Source: an uncultured Nitrososphaerales archaeon (lineage in GTDB: Archaea; Thermoproteota; Nitrososphaeria; Nitrososphaerales; Nitrososphaeraceae). From it: 64,000 bases of DNA. Position 1 is the stretch's first letter. Every line of letters begins with the position of its first letter. This document shows positions 33,720 to 44,610 of this stretch, in pieces. The translations under genes and the position numbers were made by a program. The DNA lies in contig CAVPXM010000021.1 in NCBI GenBank assembly GCA_963709405.1, positions 32,001 to 96,000 of the forward strand, read 5' to 3'. Under the pieces are notes generated by a model. That model was not told where the DNA came from. It was given only the letters and a program-made list of their open reading frames with translations, and ran no database searches.

Positions 33720-34091
33720 ATGTTAGAAACGGGTAATTCTAATATCACTAATCAGGTACGAAATATAGAAGCAGAGCAACACGTTCTTTTGGATGACGGG
33801 ACGTTCGTGAATACAGAATCGGAAATGTGCAGAATTGAAAATGAAAGCAGATACGCTAAGCTTCATTCTTCTCAAAGAGAGCAATCAAATGACGGTCCTA
33901 GTAGCTCGGGAGACATCAATCATCCTAAACTACCGCCATCACATATTTCTGGTATAGACCTTCGTTCCGGATCGAACAGACTACTTGAATCAGTTCCAGA
34001 ATTAGTTGATTCAAATTATCTTCTAGAAAAATCGGGCGAAAATAGGAATGTCAATATAAAACAAAAGTCACTTTTGGAATTCATCGGTTAA
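33720..34091 (+). CDS. hypothetical low-complexity protein (ORF open from 33624)
   Basis: Open frame ending KQKSLLEFIG, which resembles a PIP box (Q-x-x-L-x-x-F). Confidence 0.45.
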   Translation: MLETGNSNITNQVRNIEAEQHVLLDDGTFVNTESEMCRIENESRYAKLHSSQREQSNDGPSSSGDINHPKLPPSHISGIDLRSGSNRLLESVPELVDSNYLLEKSGENRNVNIKQKSLLEFIG

Positions 34092-34602
34092 GGTACTGGA
34101 AGCTGCAGAAGGCCGCATCCACCAAAAGGATATAGCACTCGAGCCCACAATAGCTTTTTCCAATCTTATTTCTTCTCTTACAATTTTGTATCTTTATCAT
34201 TAACGAGTCGCCATCAGTTGTTTATACGTAGCTGTCCATAGCTAGTAATGTTGAGCTAGGCTCTTCTGTGTGGGTCTTTAAACAATGTACTGCAAGTTTC
34301 TAGGAACCAATTTGTGTAGATTCTCCCTGATTGCAATATTGTTTTCAATATGATCCTTTTTTGTGTCATATTCTATTAATAGTAATATAGGCCTAGACAA
34401 TCCATAATAGTTTTTGAACTTCTTTATTGTGATGCTATCACCTGCCTCAGGAGTTATTATTTTATATTACACCGTATCGACTGCGGATGCATAGACCAAT
34501 TGTTATCGTTAAACTCTTACCAATACCTGGTTACGGTCTATTAAGAAATCTTTAACTCGATCTGCTTCAAGCCATTGCAACAAAAATATAGAGTATGATC
34601 TA

Positions 34603-34752
34603 ATGAAGCATATGCCAAACCATGGGGAATATGATTCAAATTCGATGCAATGGTATTGCAATTATTGGATGACTAAAGAAGAATGGCTGGATATTCATGA
34701 TTATGCTCCAGTAGACGTCGTACCGAAAGAACAAAAGACAGAACAATTCTAG
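34603..34752 (+). CDS. 49-aa hypothetical small protein
   Basis: Manual translation MKHMPNHGEYDSNSMQWYCNYWMTKEEWLDIHDYAPVDVVPKEQKTEQF. AT-rich box just upstream. Confidence 0.5.
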   Translation: MKHMPNHGEYDSNSMQWYCNYWMTKEEWLDIHDYAPVDVVPKEQKTEQF

Positions 34753-35279
34753 CCTCTACCCACTCATTTCCTAAATGTGATGTTGGGTCAAGGCTCTAAC
34801 CAAAAAGCATCCTCTAATGAAGCAATACTAAATTTCAACATTCAAGGCTATGACTTGTTATTCACTTTTGGCACCCAAAGAATTTTCTTGCAAACAACCG
34901 GAATTTTAGTATCACTAGGTTTGCTGACTTAACTTTGGACATGAACTCAGGTGCATAGAAAATAACGAGGTGGGCATATTGCGAAGATATATGCACTGGA
35001 TTATTTCTAGTCCATTTCAATGCTAAATTTTTAACCGTTCTCCAATGCAACGCAGCTATAGATTATTTGATCATGAGTGAGATAATCGTCGACATATTGA
35101 CCACCTTATGCTATTAACAGAAAATAAGTTTGTTCGTTTACACTGTGTCTAGAGCACAAGGAATTTTCATTGGGGCGTTCAACCGGGAGTCTGTTATTAG
35201 GTGAGATTGGGTGAACAACGTTGGCTAAGAACTCAATTACCTCACACTACCGTATCATCACCATACTTGTACAATAACT

Positions 35280-36822
35280 TCACGACGGTTCAGTGTGTAC
35301 TATGACTCTAGAAGCTCCTGTCTCCTTAACTATCAAATTCTGAACAGCAGTAGCAATTCTGTGTGCATCCTCTATCGTAGTAATGCTACCATCGGGTAAT
35401 GATTCAATCCTTATTGTCAAAGTTATGTGAATATCGCCATTAATGTCTATTACTCCGATATCCTCACAATTAATAACTCCTGAGACTGAATAGGCTGCCC
35501 TTCGAATGTTCTCTAAGTATGCAGCATTTACTTTTTTTTCAATGCCCATTGTTATGTTTTTGGTGATCTCGGATTCTATGTGTGTTGTAATATTCAATAT
35601 TTCAGGAATTTCAGCTTTGATCCGTCTTTCAAATTCGTCTACTATTCTGTGTGCAGTTTTTAGATCTAGCGTATTGGTCATCTGTACGTCTAAATAGAGA
35701 TGGAGTAATATTGTATCCTTATTATTGCTGCTCGAATTCCAATTCGGGAATTTATCATGCATTAACCTGTATTGTTGACCGAGATCAGGATTTAGGATTC
35801 TTGAAACGTAAATGGAATGAATATTAGCAATCCCATCGGTTTCAGCCGCGATGAGTCTTATCCTATCACTTATTGTCTCATTACCCGATTCTATCGCATC
35901 TACGTGCACTAGAACATCCGAATTCGGGAATGCGTCTCTGATCTTGTTTTCTACCTTCGTTGCTACCTTGTGCGCCGTTGCATGAGTAAGTGTTCTTGGG
36001 ACTTCTATGTGCATATCAACAAAGTCCTTCGTTCCTATTCTTCTAACACGTATATCATGTGCGCTATCTACACCCTCTAGCCCGGAAACTGTCTCTAATA
36101 CACGTTGATAGGCTCCTTTGGGAGCTTTGTCTAATAATATGTCAAGTGTTCTCCTGCCTAGTCCCAACGAAGTATAAATTATCAGAGCTCCTAGAATCAG
36201 AGCAACATAGGCATCGATATTTGCTATAGGAAATATCGATGCCAATATCAGACCGATGATGACGATTCCAGATGAAAACATATCTGCCTTAAAATGGATA
36301 GCATCAGCTTCTAACGCTTGACTACCAAATGTTCTTGCAGTCTTGTTCAATGTACGATATCTTAAAAAATCTACGCAAACTGATATGAACATGATTCCAA
36401 AGGAAAATATAGTGATCTCCGGTTTTACAGTCCTAAAGAATATTCGATCTGAGAGCTTCATAAAACACCCAGCTAGCAGTAGCAAACAGCAGAGCAATTT
36501 GAACAAAACTTGAAATACTTTCAAATTTTGCATATCCATATGTGTACTTCGTATCAGGAGGGCGTGCAACCATATGGATGGCATACAGCGTCACGATAGC
36601 TGCAATTACGTCTAGCCCGGAGTGCATCGCCTCAGTTAATATGCCAAGACTGTTTGTTGAAACTCCGACCAAAAATTTTAAAACAGTTAGACCTACCGAG
36701 ACTAAGATCGAGGTCAACGCCACTTTAAATTTAATACCAAACATGTCCCCATCTTTAACTGGAGCATCTACTGTCCCAACGTTGTCTTCGTGACCCTCGT
36801 GATACTTGTCTTCCTCAACCAC
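35280..36822 (-). CDS. cation diffusion facilitator (CDF) with three C-terminal dimerisation domains; 1-nt insertion near 36451
   Basis: EAMHSGLD, PPD..YTYGYAKFES and ALEADAIHFKAD, plus repeated AHKVATKVE/AHRIVDEFE/AHRIATAVQ...HTEP domains. The junction reads GCT CTC A GAT CGA. Confidence 0.92.
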
Positions 36823-36950
36823 GATTAAAGTAAGAATTAGTTTATTGACTTATATAGATTACCTGTCAGGTGAATGCTTGTTAATCTGTGCATGGTAGAG
36901 TCATGCGTCATGAGTTATAACCGTAAATAGCTACTAGTGAGCAGTTCTAG

Positions 36951-37880
36951 TTATTTGATTTGTCCTATATTTCTTAATTCCTTCTCGGTCCAGTTAATCA
37001 GGGACTGCAAGTCTTTCGCCATAAAGTCTACTCCTATATGCTCAGATAGTGATTCTAATTCTGGGATAGTCATTGTCACTATCCTAAGTTTCCCTTTTAA
37101 CCTGTCCTTGATCGAAACCGCAGCGGTGGTCAAGAACCTTAATGAGCTTTCTTTCGAGGAGCAAATAATCACAACCATTAAGCCTATCTTGTTGCTCCAT
37201 GACTTAAGAATAAAACGTTGGAAGTCAATATCGAAGAATGGATCGAGTTGGCCTTCTACGTTACCTATATAAATTGAAAGGCCACCAAGCATCTGATACG
37301 CGAGAGCTCCAAGTTTTGCATTATAAGTTGCGTCTTCAGAACCGGCTACTGACATTGCGAAAATATCTTGGTTTATACTATCTCTAGTTAGATTAAATTT
37401 CAAAAGCTCTGAGATTTCCATAATCACATTGATTAGATAGATTTTTTCAGTCTTACCGAGTTTGCTTCTATCGTAAAGTTCATTTATTGTGTTTAAGGTT
37501 GGCAGAATTACATCTAACAGGATTTTTACTTTATCTGCTTGCGAATTAACCACATTCATTATGATCTTTCGGGCAGAATCTTCATTACCAACTAATATTG
37601 CACCCATAAATCTCTGCTGAATTTCAAAATATTCCATAGGGTATGCAAAATCTGCTGCTCCTTGCTCGAGTGACCACACATTTACTGAACCTATCTTCTT
37701 TTTTTTTATTAATCCTATGATATAGAGCAAATCCAAATACTTAGTGATTGTCATTCTATTTATCCCAGTTTTATGCGCTAACTCTATCCCAGACATTCCT
37801 GTGTTATCGCTCAGCAGCACATTAATGACGCGACGCTTAACTTCGTCTAATGTATATCGTCTGTACATTGGGCTGCTCAA
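36951..37880 (-). CDS. HTH transcriptional regulator with B12-binding-like C-terminal domains
   Basis: N-terminal wHTH (MSGIELAHKTGINRMTITKYL), a four-helix cap (ILLDVILPTL) and a Rossmann-like C-terminus. Confidence 0.7.
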   Translation of the reverse strand: MSSPMYRRYTLDEVKRRVINVLLSDNTGMSGIELAHKTGINRMTITKYLDLLYIIGLIKKKKIGSVNVWSLEQGAADFAYPMEYFEIQQRFMGAILVGNEDSARKIIMNVVNSQADKVKILLDVILPTLNTINELYDRSKLGKTEKIYLINVIMEISELLKFNLTRDSINQDIFAMSVAGSEDATYNAKLGALAYQMLGGLSIYIGNVEGQLDPFFDIDFQRFILKSWSNKIGLMVVIICSSKESSLRFLTTAAVSIKDRLKGKLRIVTMTIPELESLSEHIGVDFMAKDLQSLINWTEKELRNIGQIK

Positions 37881-37902
37881 GTTTAAAGCATGTTAAAACC
37901 TT

Positions 37903-38613
37903 TTAGAGATTTTTGTTTCCATAACGCCGCACTTGAGAAATTAGTTTGGTAATTGCGTCAAAAGCTCTTCCTACATCATTCATCTTTACAATCATTATTG
38001 TATCAGTATGACAGCTTACGGTATCTTCTATGTTAATGTGTCTCCTGGAAATTTGATTGTAGAACGCAATAGCGCAGCCAGGTGTTTTAATAATTTGTTC
38101 TGGACTGTGAACTATGATCGCTGCTAAATCCTCATCAATTTCCAAAATATCATAACTTGCAAATAGGTCTCTTACGGAATTTAACAGATTATCGTCAAAT
38201 ACCAGAGTTATTGATGAGATACTTTCAGAAACACTTATGAAGCTATTTACGTTCTTTGTGAGTGCCTTGGCTACTTTCTCTACCGTTCTCTTGCTCTTAA
38301 CTGTGGAGATCTTGGCAACATCGGTTTTAACACTAATCGTACTTCCAAGTAAGATTGAAGAAATTAACTTGTCACGAATATGATAAAATTTTCTTGCCCT
38401 TTTTATAGCCGTGACGACGCTCTCCATATTCGCTCTCCTTCCTAGCAATCTTTCGATTTCAGGTTTGATCACTCTTGCGAGACCGCTAAAATTACAATAG
38501 TCATTTTGAAGAGAGTCTTGATAAGACAGGTCAGTAGCAATGATGTCATTTACAATACTAGTTATCGATTTTTGGTTGACCAAGGCTGGTCTGATATACA
38601 TTATTTTGGTCAT
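37903..38613 (-). CDS. ACT-domain-containing regulatory protein
   Basis: NFSGLARVI..., and the C-terminal ACT-like TPGCAIAFYNQISRRHINIEDTVSCHTDT. Confidence 0.75.
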   Translation of the reverse strand: MTKIMYIRPALVNQKSITSIVNDIIATDLSYQDSLQNDYCNFSGLARVIKPEIERLLGRRANMESVVTAIKRARKFYHIRDKLISSILLGSTISVKTDVAKISTVKSKRTVEKVAKALTKNVNSFISVSESISSITLVFDDNLLNSVRDLFASYDILEIDEDLAAIIVHSPEQIIKTPGCAIAFYNQISRRHINIEDTVSCHTDTIMIVKMNDVGRAFDAITKLISQVRRYGNKNL

Positions 38614-38661
38614 CCTTGACCAAAAAATATAAATGTAGTGTCATTAGTGGGAACGCCTGAT

Positions 38662-39864
38662 ATGGCAAATAACAGAGTTGTACTAGCATACTCTGGTGGG
38701 CTGGATACCTCGGTTTGCGTACGTTACTTGCAAAAGCTGAATAAACTAGACGTTATTACGCTTACTATAGACTGTGGTCAGAATGAGGACTTTGCCGGAC
38801 TGGAACAAAGGTCGATGTCATTAGGTGCTATTAAACACATACATATTGATGCCAAAGAGGAATTCGCTGCAGATTATATTTCTCCATCTATACGAGCAAA
38901 CGGGCTCTATCAAGGCAAATATCCACTTGCAACTGCGCTCGCAAGACCTTTAATAGCAACAAAGCTCGTGGAAACCGCGCATCAAGAAGACGCGATGGCT
39001 GTTGCCCATGGTTGTACCGGAAAGGGAAATGACCAGATTCGGTTTGATGTAACGATTCGAAGTCTAGATCCAAGCTTGAGCATAATCGCTCCTATCAGAG
39101 ATATGAATTTGACACGGGATATTGAATTAAAATTTGCAAAGGAAGAGAATATTCCGATATCATTCGATGCGAGGAAATATAGCGTTGATTCCAATTATTG
39201 GGGAAGGGCAGTTGAAGGAGGCATACTAGAAGACTCTTATTGCGAGCCTCCCGACGACGTGTTTCATTTTGTTGGATCAGATGGAAACGATCCGGTTTAC
39301 ATAGAAATAGGCTTTGAAAAAGGATTGCCTATAGCATTGAATGGAAAAGATATGGGTCTCGTGTCGATCATAAACAGTCTAAATAAGACGGTCGGCACTT
39401 GCGGTGTAGGGATTATAGATCACATTGAAGACCGTGTAATCGGCGTGAAATCAAGGGAAATTTATGAAGCGCCTGCTGCAATCGCAATAATCGAAAGCCA
39501 CAAAGACTTGGAAAAATTGGTTCTTACAAATCATCAACTCAGATTCAAGCATTTGGTTGATGAACAATGGACATGGTTAGTGTATTCTGGCTTGTGGCAA
39601 GAACCACTTAGAAAAGATTTGGAGAGATTTATAGACTCCTCCCAGAAAAAAGTATGTGGAAGGGTAAAACTACGGATTCACAGAGGTTCAATGCGTGTAG
39701 TGGGAAGAGAATCAATTTATTCGATATATAAGGAATCACTGGCCACATATGGTACCGGCTCTACCTTTGATCAAAATCTGGCGAAGGGTTTCTCTGAATT
39801 ATGGGGCTTGCAGTCAATAATTGCAAACTCTATATTTGAAAACAAAACTCACAACAGGAGGTGA
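38662..39864 (+). CDS. argG: argininosuccinate synthase
   Basis: LAYSGGLDTS, TALARP, HGCTGKGNDQIRF, IEDRVIGVKSREIYEAP. Confidence 0.98.
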   Translation: MANNRVVLAYSGGLDTSVCVRYLQKLNKLDVITLTIDCGQNEDFAGLEQRSMSLGAIKHIHIDAKEEFAADYISPSIRANGLYQGKYPLATALARPLIATKLVETAHQEDAMAVAHGCTGKGNDQIRFDVTIRSLDPSLSIIAPIRDMNLTRDIELKFAKEENIPISFDARKYSVDSNYWGRAVEGGILEDSYCEPPDDVFHFVGSDGNDPVYIEIGFEKGLPIALNGKDMGLVSIINSLNKTVGTCGVGIIDHIEDRVIGVKSREIYEAPAAIAIIESHKDLEKLVLTNHQLRFKHLVDEQWTWLVYSGLWQEPLRKDLERFIDSSQKKVCGRVKLRIHRGSMRVVGRESIYSIYKESLATYGTGSTFDQNLAKGFSELWGLQSIIANSIFENKTHNRR

Positions 39865-39872
39865 ATGAGAAG

Positions 39873-40046
39873 ATGAAAAAAACTTGTGATGACTGTGGGG
39901 CAGAAATTACCGTTCCTAACGATGCGATGGCAGGCGAAATCATAACCTGTCCTGACTGCGGTGCAAATTTTGAAATAATCGAAAAATCCGAAGAAAAAAT
40001 AAAGGTAAAGCCTGCAGAATCGATAGGTGAAGATTGGGGACAATAG
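39873..40046 (+). CDS. lysW: amino-group carrier protein LysW/ArgW (copy 1)
   Basis: CDDC...CPDCG...EDWGQ, with SD AGGAGGTG upstream. Confidence 0.95.
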   Translation: MKKTCDDCGAEITVPNDAMAGEIITCPDCGANFEIIEKSEEKIKVKPAESIGEDWGQ

Positions 40047-40907
40047 ATGGTCGAACTTTGCATCATTTATGACAAGGTTCGTTTTGAAGAAAAGAATCTC
40101 CATGATAAAGCAGTAAAGAGGGGCTTAAATACACGAATTGTGGACGCAAAGAGTATCACTATTGGTACAAACAGCAAGAAAAGTGACTTAAAATTGGGAG
40201 ATATTATTTTGCAGAGGAGTATAAGCCACTACAGAGGACTATATCTTACGGCATGCCTTGAATTCTTAGGGTTTTTAGTCATCAATAGGTTCGAAGTGGG
40301 AGAAATATGCGGAAACAAGTTATTAACTTCAATCACGCTCGCCAAACAAAATGTACCAACTCCGACTACTCATTTCGCCTTCAGTTCCGAATCGTTATTA
40401 GATTTAATTAATAAAATGGGTTTCCCTTTAGTAGTGAAGCCAATAGTCGGTTCATGGGGCCGAGGTGTTTTTCCTTTGCGCGATGACGAAGCTGCAAATA
40501 TGATCGTTGAATTAAGAGAGGAAAATGACAATCCCCTATCTCGTATATATTACATCCAGGAAATGGTCAAGAGACCTCCTCGCGATCTTAGATGTATAGT
40601 CGTGGGGGATCGGGTTGTTGCAGCGGTCTATAGGTATTCTGCAGAGAAGGAATGGAGGACGAATGTTGCGAGAGGAGGCAGAACAGAAGAAGCGCCCATT
40701 ACAAAAGAGTTAGAAGATATTACAATGAAGGCGGCAAAAGCGGTTGGAGGAGGGGTGTTAGGTGTTGACCTAATGGAGGATGAAGCAAGAGGTCTACTAG
40801 TGCATGAAATTAATAGCACTGTTGAATTTCGCGGAGCTTCCAATGTTGCTAAAAGTGATATCGCAAACGCCATAATAGATTACAGTATTGGAATCGCAAG
40901 GAAATAG
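40047..40907 (+). CDS. argX: ATP-grasp LysW ligase (probably glutamate-specific ArgX)
   Basis: RimK/LysX motifs KPIVGSWGRG, YIQEMV..PPRDLR, WRTNVARG and HEIN. Lies next to argG. Confidence 0.85.
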   Translation: MVELCIIYDKVRFEEKNLHDKAVKRGLNTRIVDAKSITIGTNSKKSDLKLGDIILQRSISHYRGLYLTACLEFLGFLVINRFEVGEICGNKLLTSITLAKQNVPTPTTHFAFSSESLLDLINKMGFPLVVKPIVGSWGRGVFPLRDDEAANMIVELREENDNPLSRIYYIQEMVKRPPRDLRCIVVGDRVVAAVYRYSAEKEWRTNVARGGRTEEAPITKELEDITMKAAKAVGGGVLGVDLMEDEARGLLVHEINSTVEFRGASNVAKSDIANAIIDYSIGIARK

Positions 40908-41036
40908 GTGGACACTACACTGGCTCGTATATTCTCTTACAATATAACTCTTGAATGTACCTAGAAAAATGGAATTATTGTTATATGACAAAATTCATAA
41001 GAAGCTAAACTAGGAAACAGGGTAGAAATAGATAAC

Positions 41037-42089
41037 ATGAGAGTTGGTGTGGTAGGAGCATCTGGATATGTGGGCGGCGAGCTTTTGCGCCTTCTCGTAG
41101 GCCATCCAAAGATCGAATTAAGCACTGTCACTTCTAGACAAAAGGCTGGTGAATACGTGCATAGAGTACATCCTAGTCTAAAAGGATTCATTAATATCAC
41201 ATTTTCGGACATGAGTATTGATAAGCTTAGCAATACATGCGACATAGTATTCACTGCTCTCCCTCACGGGAAATCGAAGGAGATAGTAAAAGATCTTTAT
41301 GATCGAGGAATAAAGGTTATAGATTTATCCGCAGACTTCCGTTTGAAGAATCCAAAAGATTACGTTAAGTGGTACGGTTGGGAACATCCATTTCCTGAAT
41401 TACTATCAAAATCGGTATATGGTGTGCCTGAGATTCATCGTAGTGACATCAAAAGAGCTCAATTAGTATCCTGTCCTGGCTGCATGGCTGTTACATCACT
41501 TCTTGCAATAAGACCTTTAATCGCAAATGATTTGATAGAAACTGAACATATCGTGGTCGATAGTAAAATAGGATCCTCTGGAGCAGGATCTCAACCAAGT
41601 GCAGGAACACATCATGCCATGCGTTACGGAGTTATTCGTCCCTACAAGCCAGTAAAGCACAGACATACCGGAGAAATCGAACAAGAATTGGGGCAGGTTG
41701 CCAAAAGGGCCATTAGAATAAACATGACTCCTCACGCAGTAAATGTTGTACGAGGAATTTTGACCACTAACCATACCTTCTTGAAGCGGATGGTACCTGA
41801 GATTGACCTCTGGAAGATCTACAGAAATTCATACAAGGACGAACCATTTATCAGATTTATACGGGATAAAAAGGGCTTATACAAATTTCCGGATCCAAAG
41901 TTTTTAATCGGATCGAATCTTTGTGATATAGGCTTCGAAGTCGATGAAGAAAATCGAAGATTAGTAGCGCTATCGGCATCAGATAATTTAGTTAAGGGAG
42001 CTGCCGGCTCGGCAATACAGAACATGAATGTTATGCTGGCTTATGATGAAACAGATGGCCTCAAACAGACTCCGATCACACCAGTATGA
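41037..42089 (+). CDS. lysY: LysW-AAA/glutamyl-phosphate reductase (LysY/ArgC)
   Basis: VVGASGYVG, IDLSADFR, PGC, GSSGAG, DNLVKGAAG. Confidence 0.95.
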   Translation: MRVGVVGASGYVGGELLRLLVGHPKIELSTVTSRQKAGEYVHRVHPSLKGFINITFSDMSIDKLSNTCDIVFTALPHGKSKEIVKDLYDRGIKVIDLSADFRLKNPKDYVKWYGWEHPFPELLSKSVYGVPEIHRSDIKRAQLVSCPGCMAVTSLLAIRPLIANDLIETEHIVVDSKIGSSGAGSQPSAGTHHAMRYGVIRPYKPVKHRHTGEIEQELGQVAKRAIRINMTPHAVNVVRGILTTNHTFLKRMVPEIDLWKIYRNSYKDEPFIRFIRDKKGLYKFPDPKFLIGSNLCDIGFEVDEENRRLVALSASDNLVKGAAGSAIQNMNVMLAYDETDGLKQTPITPV

Positions 42090-42892
42090 TAGTCATAAAG
42101 CTAGGTGGTAGTGTCGTATCAGATAGACTACATCCTAGTACATTTCCAGATCTTAGAGAAATCTGCAAACGCGAAAAGATAGTAGTTGTTCACGGTGGCG
42201 GCAAGGATGTTACGAATATGGCAACTAAACTTGGTAAAGAGCAAAGGTTTATTGTTTCACCGCAGGGAATTAGGAGCAGATATACAGATAAAGAAACAAT
42301 TGAAATATACACTATGGTTATGTGTGGAAAGATTAACAAGATGATCGTGGGGATGCTCTTACGGCATGGTATAAAGGCGATCGGTATATCGGGTATAGAT
42401 GGTGTTACCATTAAAGCAGATCGCAAGAAAAAGCTTGTTATAATAAATGAGAAGGGTAGGAAAATGATAATTGAGGGTGGATATACTGGCAAAATAAGAG
42501 CGATAGATCCATCATTAGTCGATTTACTTGTAGCTGAAGGCTATGTTCCTGTTATATCACCTATCGCCTTAAGTGAAGACTTTGAATTTCTTAACGTAGA
42601 TGGGGATAGGGCAGCTGCTTACATTGCTGCTGGGATTAAGGCCGATAAGATATTGTTCATGACGGATGTCAACGGATTAATCATAAATAACCAAGTGATA
42701 TCAACTTTGACCTTGGAACGAGCCAAGGAGTTGTTGCCTTCTATCGGATTTGGTATGGAAAAAAAGGTTTTGGCTTGCACAGAGGCATTGGAAATGGGCG
42801 TCAATGAGTCTATTATCGGGTCCAGCCTAATTGATAATCCTATCTCCGCATGCCTTTCTCATCAACAGTGTACTGTAATCACTCAAAAATGA
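42086..42892 (+). CDS. lysZ: LysW-AAA/glutamate kinase (LysZ/ArgB)
   Basis: IKLGGS, VHGGG, SRYTD, LNVDGDRAA, GMEKK. Confidence 0.95.
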   Translation: MIVIKLGGSVVSDRLHPSTFPDLREICKREKIVVVHGGGKDVTNMATKLGKEQRFIVSPQGIRSRYTDKETIEIYTMVMCGKINKMIVGMLLRHGIKAIGISGIDGVTIKADRKKKLVIINEKGRKMIIEGGYTGKIRAIDPSLVDLLVAEGYVPVISPIALSEDFEFLNVDGDRAAAYIAAGIKADKILFMTDVNGLIINNQVISTLTLERAKELLPSIGFGMEKKVLACTEALEMGVNESIIGSSLIDNPISACLSHQQCTVITQK

Positions 42893-44070
42893 ATTCAGAA
42901 GATCGATATATCGGGAATCTTTATCAAAGATTTCCAGTAAATATTTCTCATGGAAAAGGAGCTAGGGTCTGGGATACTGACGGAAGAGAGTACATTGACT
43001 GTATGGCCGGGTATGGCGTAGCACTAGTAGGGCATTGCAACGATAGAGTAGTTCAAGCAATTAAGAACCAAATCGAGAGGCTAATCGTCTGCCATATGTC
43101 GACCTACAATGATACTCGTTTAGAATTTTTGGAAAAAATATCTAAAATTTCTCCAAGCGGGCTTTCGAAGGTAGCGTTCAGCAATAGCGGTGCTGAATCT
43201 GTTGAAGCAGCTTTAAAATTCGCTCGCAAATACACAGGTAAGCCTGGAATAATTGCAATGGTAGGTGGCTACCATGGCAAGACTCTGGGAGCACTATCTG
43301 TTACCTACAACGATAGGTACCGTAAACCATTTATGCCACTTTTAGATTTTGTCAGATTCGTACCTTACAATGATCGATTGAGAATGGATGAAGAAATAGA
43401 TGACTCAATAGGAACAGTGATAGTGGAACCAATTCAGGGAGAGACAGGAATTATTATACCTCCAGATGGGTTATTACAAAAAATTCGAGAGGTCTGCACA
43501 AGTCGAAAAATAGTTCTAATATTTGATGAAATTCAGTCGGGATTGGGAAGAACTGGCAAAATGTGGGCTGGAGAGCACTGGGATACGATTCCAGATATTA
43601 TGTGTCTGGCTAAGGGTATAGCTGGCGGGATACCAATGGCTCTTACTCTAGCTAAACCGGAAATAATTGATTCGATGAAAATTGGTGAACATTCGTCCAC
43701 TTTCGCTGGTAATCCGGTAGCATGTACGGCTGCATCAGCAGCTATTGATGCATTGGTTGAAGACAGACTAGTAGAAAATGCTGCCAATATTGGAAAATAC
43801 TTTAAGGATGGGTTAGAGAGTTTAAAGGAGAGACATAAAATAGTTAGAGAAGTAAGAGGGTTAGGATTGATGATTGCAATAGAACTTCGTTTTGATGTTA
43901 AGGATGTATTGTTTGACGGCATAAAGAATGGGGTACTAATGCTGTATTCAGGAAGAAATATTATTAGATTACTCCCACCTCTGGTAATAGATGAATCTAT
44001 GGTTTCTGTTGCACTTGAAAGGATAGATACCGTACTAACCAAAGAGGAGCAAAGAAGAAATGTTAGATGA
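42889..44070 (+). CDS. lysJ: LysW-semialdehyde aminotransferase (LysJ/ArgD)
   Basis: NSGAES, YHGKT, EPIQGE, FDEIQSG, LAKG, STFAGNP. Confidence 0.95.
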   Translation: MNSEDRYIGNLYQRFPVNISHGKGARVWDTDGREYIDCMAGYGVALVGHCNDRVVQAIKNQIERLIVCHMSTYNDTRLEFLEKISKISPSGLSKVAFSNSGAESVEAALKFARKYTGKPGIIAMVGGYHGKTLGALSVTYNDRYRKPFMPLLDFVRFVPYNDRLRMDEEIDDSIGTVIVEPIQGETGIIIPPDGLLQKIREVCTSRKIVLIFDEIQSGLGRTGKMWAGEHWDTIPDIMCLAKGIAGGIPMALTLAKPEIIDSMKIGEHSSTFAGNPVACTAASAAIDALVEDRLVENAANIGKYFKDGLESLKERHKIVREVRGLGLMIAIELRFDVKDVLFDGIKNGVLMLYSGRNIIRLLPPLVIDESMVSVALERIDTVLTKEEQRRNVR

Positions 44071-44485
44071 ACAAGATTCTGTTGATGACAAAATAATAAA
44101 GATCCTGCAAGAGGATTCGAGGAAGTCCTTTGTTGAGATTGCAAACGAAATCGGTTATTCAGAGTCGGCTGTTAGAAGACGAGTAAAGAATTTAACACGA
44201 AATGGGATTATAAAAAAGTTTACGATTGCAACTCAAAGTGGCGATAAAACAAGTGCAATAGCATTAATCTCGGTCAGTTCAACATCTGATACATCTGCAG
44301 TTTCAGCTAATTTGATGAAGCTAACTGGTGTTCAAACTATCTACGAAATTACTGGCCAATACGATATAGCAGCTATAATCTCATCCCCGTCAATAGCCGA
44401 AATTAATAGATGTATAGACGATGTTCGTAGGACAGACGGAGTCGCAGATACTAATACTGTTATAATCCTTAGGACTATACGTTAA
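44060..44485 (+). CDS. lysM: Lrp/AsnC regulator LysM
   Basis: DDKIIKILQEDSR..FVEIA..SESAVRRRV and YEITGQYD, located within the lys cluster. Confidence 0.88.
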   Translation: MLDEQDSVDDKIIKILQEDSRKSFVEIANEIGYSESAVRRRVKNLTRNGIIKKFTIATQSGDKTSAIALISVSSTSDTSAVSANLMKLTGVQTIYEITGQYDIAAIISSPSIAEINRCIDDVRRTDGVADTNTVIILRTIR

Positions 44486-44610
44486 TTTATTCGCCATTGA
44501 CATGAGATCACCAAGATCTTCCTCTAAATGGAATTTTCCTTTTCATCTCATGCTAATAAGTATCATATGCTCTAATAGGTTGCGATAAGATTTATATCTC
44601 ATACGAAAAT

